From the NCBI RefSeq assembly GCF_049671765.1, contig NZ_JBATVM010000173.1, positions 326 to 64,325 of the forward strand: a stretch of 64,000 bases of DNA, in the 5' to 3' direction. Made by a program: the position numbers and the translations under genes. This document shows, in pieces, positions 28,705 to 36,825 of the stretch (the stretch's first letter is position 1; each line of letters begins with the position of its first letter). The notes beneath the pieces are model-generated. The model worked only from the letters and a program-made list of their open reading frames with translations, was not told where the DNA came from and ran no database searches. This DNA comes from Psychrilyobacter sp. Lineage in GTDB: Bacteria > Fusobacteriota > Fusobacteriia > Fusobacteriales > Fusobacteriaceae.

Positions 28705-29994
28705 TTACTCAGTTACACTTTCTGCGAGTAAAGAGTCTGGCTCTTCTCCTGTATTTTCATAAAGTTTTCTCATATCTCTTTTCCAATCTTCATTTTCTAA
28801 CTTTTCTCCTAATGTTTCTACTGTTCTATTTGGAGAATATGTATGCTTTGTAACTTTCATTATCTCTTTTAATAACTCTAGTGATTTTGTTTTCTCTAAT
28901 AAATAAAATATGAAACTATTATGCCAATTCCATCTATTGAAATCATAGCAACCGTAAACTTTAGAGTTTAAAAACACTTCTAGTATTCCGTTATCTTCTA
29001 AAATTTTAAATTCAAATTCACTTAAGCTTGTATGAATTAGGTAGTTTGCAACTTCTTTTTTAAATTCTTCCTTATCGTTTTCTATCACTAAGTCATTGGT
29101 CAACAATAAAGAAACTAATGCACATAATTCATTTTTTTGAATTTTATCTAATTCTTGTTTCCATAATTTTAATATTAAACTATCTGAAATTTTTAATTTA
29201 ATTAAGTTTTGAATATCTTTTTCTAAAAAAGATACAATACTTCCCTTAGAATTAAGGTGCTTTTCAATTCCTTTTATCATATTTTCATTACCTAAATCAA
29301 CTAAATAGCATAATATGTCTTCCATTTTATCTTCATAAAGGAACCAAGGATTATCATCTCCTTTCATTAGAAGTTCTATTGCTAAAATTACTTCTTCTGC
29401 CTCACTTTCATTTTTTATTTCTTGGCTTATTTTTTTTAATATATCTTTAATTCTTTGGTCACTGATCTTAATATTTAGATTTATATAATCGTCTAATTTT
29501 TTTAATAATGCATCTCTACTTCCATACATATTTATTTTTTTATAATTTGAATTAATAAAGCTCCAAAATGATTCTATATGTGAACTTGTTATCTGATTTT
29601 TTTTATAGTGAGCACAATCATTTCTCCTATCTCTCCAATATTCTAATTCTCTTTTCAAAGATCCAGATAAAGTAAAAATTTTTTTCTTTATTGTTTCTGT
29701 TCCGTTTTTAATTTGTAAATCTTCTTGAGTCAATACTTCAAAAGTATTTTTATCCCATTCATCTTCTTTTTGTATTTTATTTCTTATCTTTCCCCAGACG
29801 CTATCTATAACTCCTGTCGGTTTCTCAGCAATCATAACTTTATTTTTTATACTTTCTAAAAAAGCTAAATATGTCATTATAAGAGAAGCCCTATAAGCTC
29901 CAGCCTTATAGCAGACAATTCCCTCTTTATAAAGCTCTAAGCTTTCTTTTGTTAAATTTTCTGTTTCAATGTATTTTTCAAAACTTAATTTCAT
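28705..29994 (-). CDS. HEPN-motif protein (predicted RNase-type abortive-infection/defence effector) with large uncharacterised helical C-terminal region
   Basis: 429 aa with the RNDCAH (R-x4-H) motif at aa 124-129 (nt 29608-29625) in the context LEYWRDRRNDCAHYKK. It has its own promoter and terminator. Confidence 0.55.
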   Translation of the reverse strand: MKLSFEKYIETENLTKESLELYKEGIVCYKAGAYRASLIMTYLAFLESIKNKVMIAEKPTGVIDSVWGKIRNKIQKEDEWDKNTFEVLTQEDLQIKNGTETIKKKIFTLSGSLKRELEYWRDRRNDCAHYKKNQITSSHIESFWSFINSNYKKINMYGSRDALLKKLDDYINLNIKISDQRIKDILKKISQEIKNESEAEEVILAIELLMKGDDNPWFLYEDKMEDILCYLVDLGNENMIKGIEKHLNSKGSIVSFLEKDIQNLIKLKISDSLILKLWKQELDKIQKNELCALVSLLLTNDLVIENDKEEFKKEVANYLIHTSLSEFEFKILEDNGILEVFLNSKVYGCYDFNRWNWHNSFIFYLLEKTKSLELLKEIMKVTKHTYSPNRTVETLGEKLENEDWKRDMRKLYENTGEEPDSLLAESVTE

Positions 29995-30027
29995 TTTCCC
30001 CCCCTAGAATTCTTCATTTCACTAGTG

Positions 30028-30056
30028 ATTATACTCTTCTAAAAAAAAGAAGTCAA
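30028..30056 (-). promoter_or_regulatory. Consensus-like sigma70 promoter of the HEPN gene (TTGACT, 17 nt spacer, TATAAT on the minus strand)
   Basis: Complement of 30051-30056 reads TTGACT and complement of 30028-30033 reads TATAAT. The spacer is exactly 17 nt. Confidence 0.65.
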
Positions 30057-30066
30057 AGAAGTATAT

Positions 30067-30098
30067 AAAAAATGAGTCAGACAATTGCCTAACTCATT
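30067..30098 (-). terminator. Intrinsic terminator of the two-helix protein gene
   Basis: AATGAGT...ACTCATT stem with an inner AGACAATTGCCT palindrome, followed by a T-run on the minus strand. Confidence 0.6.
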
Positions 30099-30153
30099 TC
30101 TCTATTTAAAACTCCCATTAATACCTATATTAATATATTTTTTTCTTAGGAAA

Positions 30154-31398
30154 TTACGATTTTGTGATTAAAGACAAATAAATAGTTATCCCTATTCCAA
30201 CGAGAGTAGCCATAAGTGTTCTAATTGCTATCTTAATAATAAAAATCTCCTTCTGTTGAGAATAGATAGAAGAAAGATATTTATATGAATTTTTATATTT
30301 TTTTGAAAAATATTCTTTTTGAACACCTTTTCCAATTATAAAATCTCTTAGTTTTATTTCTTCTTTACTATAATGATTGTTAGTCTTCGTTCTTTCATCA
30401 TCACTATTTTCTAAGTTTCTAGTCTTATTTATTAACCATAAATAATCTTTATATTGTATGGATTTTTTGACACCACTAAAGTATTTATTTATTCTTTTTG
30501 TAAACTCATATTTTTCTATTTCAGAAAAAAAACTATAATATAGTTCGTTATTTAAATAGCTTAATACATCTATATTTTCAAAGCTTTTATTAGAAATAGA
30601 ATAAAGACTGTAATCATCTTCAATCAATATACGCCTTATCAGGTTGTTAGAATTTTTTGATATGTATGTTTCCGTAAAGGCATCGTCCTCTAGTTCTTCT
30701 AAATTTAATTCTTTGGAATAAATATACATTATTTTAGGTAATATATATTCTTTTCCATAAGCCAATTTTAAAATACTTTTCAAATAATACTGGTATAAAT
30801 TAAAATAACATCTTTGTTCTTCTCTTTCATACATCGAAGGATCTAAACCATTCATAGATGGTATATCCCATGATTCTAAAAGTTTTAAATATTTTTTAAG
30901 AAAAAAATCTACTTCTTTTGGAAATAACTCAACTTTAAACTTAATAAATATTTCTTTATTATTTAATTGTGTCTTTACTATACTTATTTTAGAAATATGT
31001 TTTTCATTTTTAGGGATAATATCTGCGATTACTCCCCATCCCCCTAATCCATTAAAAGCATTTACATAACTATATTCTCCTATAACTTTATTTCTATAGT
31101 ATGACTTAACTTTAAATTTGTTATTGTCTAATTTATTGATGCTTTTTATAAGGTCACTCATTTGCTTATTTGAAAATACATCAAAGATTTCAATTTTGCA
31201 TAAATAATCGTCAAGTTCTTTTTGCTCTTCATCTGTTTCTAGCATTTTCTTTAAAAAAAGTTTTTTATTTTTTTCCCTATAAAAATATCTATATAGTTTA
31301 CTTGACTTGAAGTTGTTTTTTATAAAATAAACTATATAATAAAGTAAAAAAATTACTAATAATTTGATAATGACTTCAAACTTATAAATTTTAATCAC
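30154..31398 (-). CDS. Hypothetical protein with one hydrophobic helix at each terminus
   Basis: 414 aa, very Lys/Tyr/Asn-rich. The N-terminal helix is VIIKLLVIFLLYYIVYFI and the C-terminal helix is LMATLVGIGITIYLSLI. The GTG start sits close to AGGAGAAG, so the start is uncertain (first in-frame ATG is at aa 52). No family recognised. Confidence 0.45.
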   Translation of the reverse strand: MIKIYKFEVIIKLLVIFLLYYIVYFIKNNFKSSKLYRYFYREKNKKLFLKKMLETDEEQKELDDYLCKIEIFDVFSNKQMSDLIKSINKLDNNKFKVKSYYRNKVIGEYSYVNAFNGLGGWGVIADIIPKNEKHISKISIVKTQLNNKEIFIKFKVELFPKEVDFFLKKYLKLLESWDIPSMNGLDPSMYEREEQRCYFNLYQYYLKSILKLAYGKEYILPKIMYIYSKELNLEELEDDAFTETYISKNSNNLIRRILIEDDYSLYSISNKSFENIDVLSYLNNELYYSFFSEIEKYEFTKRINKYFSGVKKSIQYKDYLWLINKTRNLENSDDERTKTNNHYSKEEIKLRDFIIGKGVQKEYFSKKYKNSYKYLSSIYSQQKEIFIIKIAIRTLMATLVGIGITIYLSLITKS

Positions 31399-31464
31399 CT
31401 TCTCCTGTTAAAACCTGTAGTACGATATCTTTCTATTTTATATGTTATTATGAATATTTTTTCT

Positions 31465-31494
31465 AAAAAAAGACAATACCCTAAAGTATTGTCT
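31465..31494 (-). terminator. Intrinsic terminator of ssrA
   Basis: AGACAATAC/GTATTGTCT stem followed by a T-run on the minus strand. Confidence 0.75.
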
Positions 31495-31548
31495 TTCACT
31501 ATTTAAAACTCCTACAAACTTCTAGAACATTTGCAGTCGTGGATTTGT

Positions 31549-31895
31549 TGGTGGAAGTGACGGGAATTGAACCCGTGTCCAAGAACACCAGTATCATAGG
31601 TTTCTACAAGTTTATTTCATGAATTAGTCTCGTATAAACTCGTCTCACGAACAGGACTAGCCTATACCAGTCAATTAAAGATGTCCCGCAGGTCTAATGA
31701 CGAAACCATTGGTAAGCCTGATGTTAGTTATGTTCTACCAGCCTGCACAGGCCTTAGGAAGGTAGAACACGCTGCACTATTAGGCAGCTATTGCGTAATT
31801 TTCGTTTCCATTTAAAAATGGGTTTGACCTCTCACAGCGATCAACCTGACTTGCTTCCTATAATCTGATGCCCCTGTCGAAACCAGTGCACTCCC
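31549..31895 (-). ncRNA. ssrA: tmRNA (SsrA)
   Basis: On the minus strand the 5' end is GGGAGTGCACTGGTTTCGACAGGGG and the 3' end is ACGGGTTCAATTCCCGTCACTTCCACCA. The acceptor stem has a G3-U pair. The tag reading frame GGA AAC GAA AAU UAC GCA AUA GCU GCC UAA UAG (GNENYAIAA, nt 31780-31809) is present. The gene lies directly downstream of smpB. Confidence 0.92.
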
Positions 31896-31929
31896 GTAAT
31901 GTTGAATCTTTATATTAAAGTCATATATA

Positions 31930-32376
31930 TTATCTATATGAATCTTTAAGAGCTCTGTCAATCTGTCTTTTTGCATCTTTTTTTGCTAGGGTATCTCTTT
32001 TATCGTAGTTTGTTTTACCCTTACCTAAAGCTATCTCGATCTTAATCATTGCACCTTTTTGGTATACTGAGATAGGTACTATAGCGTACCCTTTTTGAGA
32101 TGCTTTTTCATGAAGTTTTGCAATTTCTTTTTTATGAATAAGAAGTTTTCTTACTCTTCTTTCTTCAGGGTTATATACACTCCCAAAGTTCCAGGGAACT
32201 ACACTCATACCCATAATAAAGATCTCTCCATTTATTATTCTAATAAAGGCTTCTTTTATACTAACTTGACTGGCCTTTATAGATTTTACCTCACTACCAA
32301 TTAATTCTATTCCAGCTTCAAGTCTATCTTCTATAAAATATTCATGAAACGCTTTTTTGTTTTTAGCCAATGCCAT
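31930..32376 (-). CDS. smpB: SsrA-binding protein SmpB
   Basis: 148 aa with KNKKAFHEYFIEDRLEAGIEL.GSEVKSI and RKLLIHKKEI motifs. Confidence 0.92.
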   Translation of the reverse strand: MALAKNKKAFHEYFIEDRLEAGIELIGSEVKSIKASQVSIKEAFIRIINGEIFIMGMSVVPWNFGSVYNPEERRVRKLLIHKKEIAKLHEKASQKGYAIVPISVYQKGAMIKIEIALGKGKTNYDKRDTLAKKDAKRQIDRALKDSYR

Positions 32377-32505
32377 AATATCACCTCATTCTACTAGGGT
32401 ATTATACTATAGATACTTAGATTTTACAACTTCTACTTCCCTCATTTTGAAAGGGATTATTAGAGATCCCTTTCAATCTCTGTTATAAGATCATCGAATA
32501 AAGAG

Positions 32506-33288
32506 CTATAAGTATTTCTTCAAAAATTCTCCTACTCCTGATTCATTATTAGAGGTAGTTACATGATCAGCAACTGTCTTTAGTTCATCAAAAGCACCAT
32601 CCATTGCCACTCCAATTCCAGCTGTTTCTAACATTTCCTTGTCATTTAATCCATCTCCAAAAGCTATAACTTGAGATAGGGGAATATTTTCAGTCTCCAT
32701 AATATTTCTCAGAGCGGTACCTTTGTTGACATTTCCATCTAAAATTTCCAAGAAGAATGGTCTTGAAAAAGTAGTATAAACACTATCTCCTAATCTATTA
32801 TTTATGTCTTTTTCTATCTTTAATAGTTTTTCATGCTCTCCCACATAGAGGGCTTTTGTAGAAAACATCTCATCCAAATGATCAAAATCTTTTTCTACTG
32901 GTATTAATCCTGAGATTTCTTTATATATTTCCGTTTCTTTATTTTCAATATTTTCAGAGTACCAGATCTCATGTTGATATATATTTAAATGAGTTTTATA
33001 CTCCCTTGAAACATCTATAAGTGTTTTTAGAGATCTTTCTTTTATTGAATATTCTTTTACGCTTCCGTCATGAGATATTATTTTGGCTCCATTATAACAT
33101 ATAGCAGGAGTTGTTAAGTTAAGCTCTTTGTGATATGACCTCATAGATTCATAACTTCTACCAGTTGCTAAAAATATTTTTACTCCTTTACTCTCTAATT
33201 TTTTCAGTACTTTTTTATTTGTTTCACTGATCTCATGAGCATTATTTAATAATGTTCCATCAAGATCTAGCACAATTGCCTTTATCAT
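32506..33288 (-). CDS. Cof-type HAD-IIB family phosphatase
   Basis: Motif I at the N-terminus (VLDLDGTLL) and the C-terminal AFGDGLNDKEML motif. Confidence 0.85.
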   Translation of the reverse strand: MIKAIVLDLDGTLLNNAHEISETNKKVLKKLESKGVKIFLATGRSYESMRSYHKELNLTTPAICYNGAKIISHDGSVKEYSIKERSLKTLIDVSREYKTHLNIYQHEIWYSENIENKETEIYKEISGLIPVEKDFDHLDEMFSTKALYVGEHEKLLKIEKDINNRLGDSVYTTFSRPFFLEILDGNVNKGTALRNIMETENIPLSQVIAFGDGLNDKEMLETAGIGVAMDGAFDELKTVADHVTTSNNESGVGEFLKKYL

Positions 33289-33298
33289 TTATATCCTC

Positions 33299-35065
33299 CT
33301 ATCTATTAATATATTGCATCAGTAATGTATCTATATCTGTTGTATTTTCTATATTATTCTTTTCTTTATAATGGATGATATCCATATAAAAGTCAATGAT
33401 GGTATAAGTATTTGATTTATCCTTGATAAAGTGCATAAATCTTTCGGTTTTAAAAAACTTTAGACCTTCTTTATTGTGTGTTAATTTTTCTAAATCAATA
33501 GCAAACTTTTCTTTAACCCAATCATGAGAAGGATTAAGCTCTACAAAATTCCATATTTGTTTTTTTATATGTAATATAGTTTTATAGTTAGTAGTTCCTT
33601 CGTAAAGATCCATTAATTCACCAAAAGTTTCTACATCCTGTCCTTTTATAAGGAGGAGTTCTTTGACTCCTTTGAGGATATTTCCTTTGAAAGTTTTTTC
33701 TTTTTTTAATGTTTTAGAGAGCCAGTCTTGAATAGTAGAACTTTCCGTTCCGATATTTAGGTAGAGGCTTTCCAACTCTTCTAAACTTGTATTTTTTCCA
33801 TTTTTTAAAAATTTAATTTTTCTATGACTGAATTTAAAGTATTGTGCTGTAAATTCATCTTCATCTATTTTTTTATACGAAAGGTACTCAAATGTAGGGA
33901 TTAAAACCTCTAATATATAGTCCAAAATTCCTTCCCTTGTAGAGGCATTTGAATAATTTTTCTTATAATAATTCATATAATCTTTTAGTTCTCGATATAA
34001 TTTAAGCTGTTTTTTTTGAATCCATTTAGATTTCTCAAATAATCTAGATTTATCACTGAAAATATCAAGAGTTGTTAGAACTTTTGTATAATACCATGAT
34101 TTTATATCTCTTCTAATGACTTTGGAAAAATAGAGTTCGTCGGTAAAATCTCCTCTAATTAATTTTCGAAGATCTGATAGCTTATTTTTTTGAGTTTTGT
34201 CCATAGACTTTTCTTTATCTAATTTATAGAGTCTTCTAATAAGGGAATCTATATAACGATTTATCTTAATTTGAGTCTGGATTGTATATTTTTTTTGTAG
34301 ATAGATCATATTCAGATAATCTACTAAAGCATAGGAATAATCATGTTTTTTAGTGTTATTGATCAAATATCTTCTATGCTCTAAAAAATTGATATAGAGG
34401 TCACTTTCTAATCTTTCTTCTAAAGATATTCCATTAAACTCTAAAACCTTTATAATTGGCGTATATATATATTGATACCAATATTTAGATATTTCAATAA
34501 GGTTACCTTGACCTTCTAAACTTTCAATATCTTGTAGGAGTTTTTTATAGTCTCCACTCTCTGTGAGATCAAGATTTAGTTGAGTTTGCTTGATAAAATT
34601 AAATTTTTCTCTATAGTTTAGATCTTCTTCAGTATCTTTTCCTGAAAAAAATTCTGTTACTATTGCTTCTATAGATGAAAAATTTAGAAAATTAGCCACA
34701 GAGATTCTGTGGTTACCGTCGTAGACATAGTATTCATCCCTTATTTTATAAAGCTCAACTGGAGGAAGTTTAAAATCACCTAGCATCTCAATATAAATAT
34801 TACACCATCTGATCTTTACAATGCTGTTTTTAGGAATAAAACCTTTCCTAAAATCTTCTGTTTTTTGTACACTCCCTACAATTTTAGAGAGGGGGACATT
34901 TTGAAGTCCTAAAGAAGAATTATTATAGGCTAATAGTTCTTTTTGCATATCTGAAAACTTTTTCAAATTTTCTCTATGGCCTACTGAGATCCCTAATATT
35001 TTCCCTTTTCCGACAAATTTATCATAAGCATTTTTAGCTTCTTCTTGGATATATGAATTATTCAT
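33299..35065 (-). CDS. ParB/Srx-fold (ParB-like nuclease domain) protein with long uncharacterised C-terminal region
   Basis: 588 aa. N-terminal region: VPLSKIVGSV...YYVYDGNHRISVANFLNFSSIEAIV, where DGNHR is the ParB/Srx signature. I do not recognise the remaining roughly 440 aa. Confidence 0.55.
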   Translation of the reverse strand: MNNSYIQEEAKNAYDKFVGKGKILGISVGHRENLKKFSDMQKELLAYNNSSLGLQNVPLSKIVGSVQKTEDFRKGFIPKNSIVKIRWCNIYIEMLGDFKLPPVELYKIRDEYYVYDGNHRISVANFLNFSSIEAIVTEFFSGKDTEEDLNYREKFNFIKQTQLNLDLTESGDYKKLLQDIESLEGQGNLIEISKYWYQYIYTPIIKVLEFNGISLEERLESDLYINFLEHRRYLINNTKKHDYSYALVDYLNMIYLQKKYTIQTQIKINRYIDSLIRRLYKLDKEKSMDKTQKNKLSDLRKLIRGDFTDELYFSKVIRRDIKSWYYTKVLTTLDIFSDKSRLFEKSKWIQKKQLKLYRELKDYMNYYKKNYSNASTREGILDYILEVLIPTFEYLSYKKIDEDEFTAQYFKFSHRKIKFLKNGKNTSLEELESLYLNIGTESSTIQDWLSKTLKKEKTFKGNILKGVKELLLIKGQDVETFGELMDLYEGTTNYKTILHIKKQIWNFVELNPSHDWVKEKFAIDLEKLTHNKEGLKFFKTERFMHFIKDKSNTYTIIDFYMDIIHYKEKNNIENTTDIDTLLMQYINR

Positions 35066-35074
35066 AAAAACCTC

Positions 35075-35680
35075 CTAATTTTTCATATATTCTATAATTT
35101 TATATCCATAGGCATTGATAATTCGAGTATTTCCTATGGTAGTTTCTTGGGTATCCATATGGGAAACTAGATGAATATGTCCATGAATCCATAATTTTGG
35201 TTTAAAATACTTTAAAATTTTATGAAAAACTTCAAACCCTTGATGTGTAAAATCTTCTCGATCATTAACTCTCCTTGGAGGAGTATGTGTCACCATGATA
35301 TCGAGGTTCCCAAAGAAAAGATAGCCTAAATTTAAAACTATCCTTTGGGTCATTTCAAATTCTGAATATTGATTTTCTTGGTAAGAATATTTTTTACTAC
35401 CACCTAAACCAAATATTTTTAAACCTTTATATTTTAGAACTTTTCCATCGATATTTTTACAAAATGAGATATCGTGCCCCTTTTTATAGACATGATTTCC
35501 ATTGACATAGATGATATCTTTGTTGAGTGTAGTAAAAAGATAGTCTAAATAATCATTTCCTAGATCCCCAGCAGAAATTATAAAATCAACATCAAAAAAC
35601 ATTTTTTTTAATTTATCCATGGGATATTGTCCCAAGATTTCTGTATCACTGATGATAAGTATCTTATATTTTTTACCCAT
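35075..35680 (-). CDS. Calcineurin-like metallophosphoesterase (YfcE-type)
   Basis: Start at MGKKYKILIISD, preceded by a GGGAGGAG RBS. Motifs present: ISD, GDLGN, GNH and GHIH. Confidence 0.75.
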   Translation of the reverse strand: MGKKYKILIISDTEILGQYPMDKLKKMFFDVDFIISAGDLGNDYLDYLFTTLNKDIIYVNGNHVYKKGHDISFCKNIDGKVLKYKGLKIFGLGGSKKYSYQENQYSEFEMTQRIVLNLGYLFFGNLDIMVTHTPPRRVNDREDFTHQGFEVFHKILKYFKPKLWIHGHIHLVSHMDTQETTIGNTRIINAYGYKIIEYMKN

Positions 35681-35791
35681 TTTCTCCTCCCTTTTTGTTC
35701 CAAATTTTGTCACGAATTATCATGAAATAAAAAATTATTCTTCAAAGTTGTTAAGATTAAAACAATTGGTGGTTAATTTATAAGTATTAGC

Positions 35792-35817
35792 AAAAAAGGA
35801 GGAAAAATCCTCCTTTT
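35792..35817 (-). terminator. Intrinsic terminator of era
   Basis: AAGGAGG-aaaaat-CCTCCTT stem with flanking A- and T-runs. Confidence 0.7.
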
Positions 35818-35870
35818 ATTATTATTTAAACAAATTAAAAAATTATGTCTGTTTGATAGATCATTTTTTC

Positions 35871-36767
35871 TTATAATTCGTCTAAGTTATACCCCATTTC
35901 CTTTAGGAATGGTTTTTTCTTTCTCCACTTATCTTTAACTTTAACCCAAAGATTTAAGTATATTTTTTTCTCGAGTAAAGTTTCTATATCTTTTCTAGCA
36001 TCGGTACCAACAGCTTTTAAAAGAGCACCTTTTTTACCGATAACTATTCCTTTTTGAGAATCTCTCTCAACATAAATATTGATATCATATTTATCCTTAC
36101 CGTTTTCTCTTCTCTCTACATTGATGATTTCAACAGCTATAGAATGAGGGATTTCATCTCTAGTTCTAATTAATATTTTTTCCCTTACTATCTCTATAAT
36201 CATCTTATACATAGGCATATCAGTATACATATCTTCTGGATAGTACATGATTCCTTCTTCTAAAAATGGATCGATAGCTTCTAATAATTTAGGGATACCG
36301 ATAGCGTATTCAGCTGACATAGTTACGATTTTATGGAAATCTCCTAATTTTGCTTTGATCTCACCGATTTTTTCTTCGATCTCTACGTCTGTCATAAGGT
36401 CAATTTTATTTATAACTGCAATTCTAGGAGTATTAGGAGCTTTCATAATTTTATCAAAAACAAACTGATCCCCTGTACTGATCTCTTGAGTTCCATCTAA
36501 TACCATCATAACTGCCTCTACTTCTCTAAGTGCACTGATAGCTGTATTGGTCATATGTTCACCTAAAAGATGTTTAGGTTTATGGATTCCTGGGGTGTCA
36601 ATAAATACATATTGTGTATCTTGTATAGTTAATATTCCCTTGATTGAATCTCTAGTTGTTCCTGCTTTATTCGAAACTATGGCTACCTTTTCATTTACGA
36701 TTTTGTTCATCAATGTAGATTTTCCTACATTTGGTCTTCCTACTACTGCAATAAATCCTGCTTTCAT
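35871..36767 (-). CDS. era: GTPase Era
   Basis: GRPNVGKST, DTPG and NKID motifs plus a C-terminal KH domain (VIGKKG). Confidence 0.92.
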   Translation of the reverse strand: MKAGFIAVVGRPNVGKSTLMNKIVNEKVAIVSNKAGTTRDSIKGILTIQDTQYVFIDTPGIHKPKHLLGEHMTNTAISALREVEAVMMVLDGTQEISTGDQFVFDKIMKAPNTPRIAVINKIDLMTDVEIEEKIGEIKAKLGDFHKIVTMSAEYAIGIPKLLEAIDPFLEEGIMYYPEDMYTDMPMYKMIIEIVREKILIRTRDEIPHSIAVEIINVERRENGKDKYDINIYVERDSQKGIVIGKKGALLKAVGTDARKDIETLLEKKIYLNLWVKVKDKWRKKKPFLKEMGYNLDEL

Positions 36768-36825
36768 TAATTCTCCTTTATTCTATTAATTATATATTTA
36801 GTTAGGGATAATTCATGAATTACCC

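Larger units (their letters stand above)
25450..31548. other. ssrA-adjacent accessory (defence-type) island without recognisable integrase
   Basis: The content is a phage-gene fragment, a Septu-like pair, a HEPN protein and an orphan membrane protein. All coding cassettes are on the minus strand and each has its own terminator. An att-like repeat occurs at 28670-28704 and 31502-31536. The left boundary is uncertain. Confidence 0.5.

Noticed and set aside
26513-29994. Retron-Septu arrangement (reverse transcriptase plus msr/msd upstream of ptuA).
   Set aside because: No RT-like ORF exists anywhere near. The gene upstream of ptuA is the HEPN protein, which has its own terminator in between.
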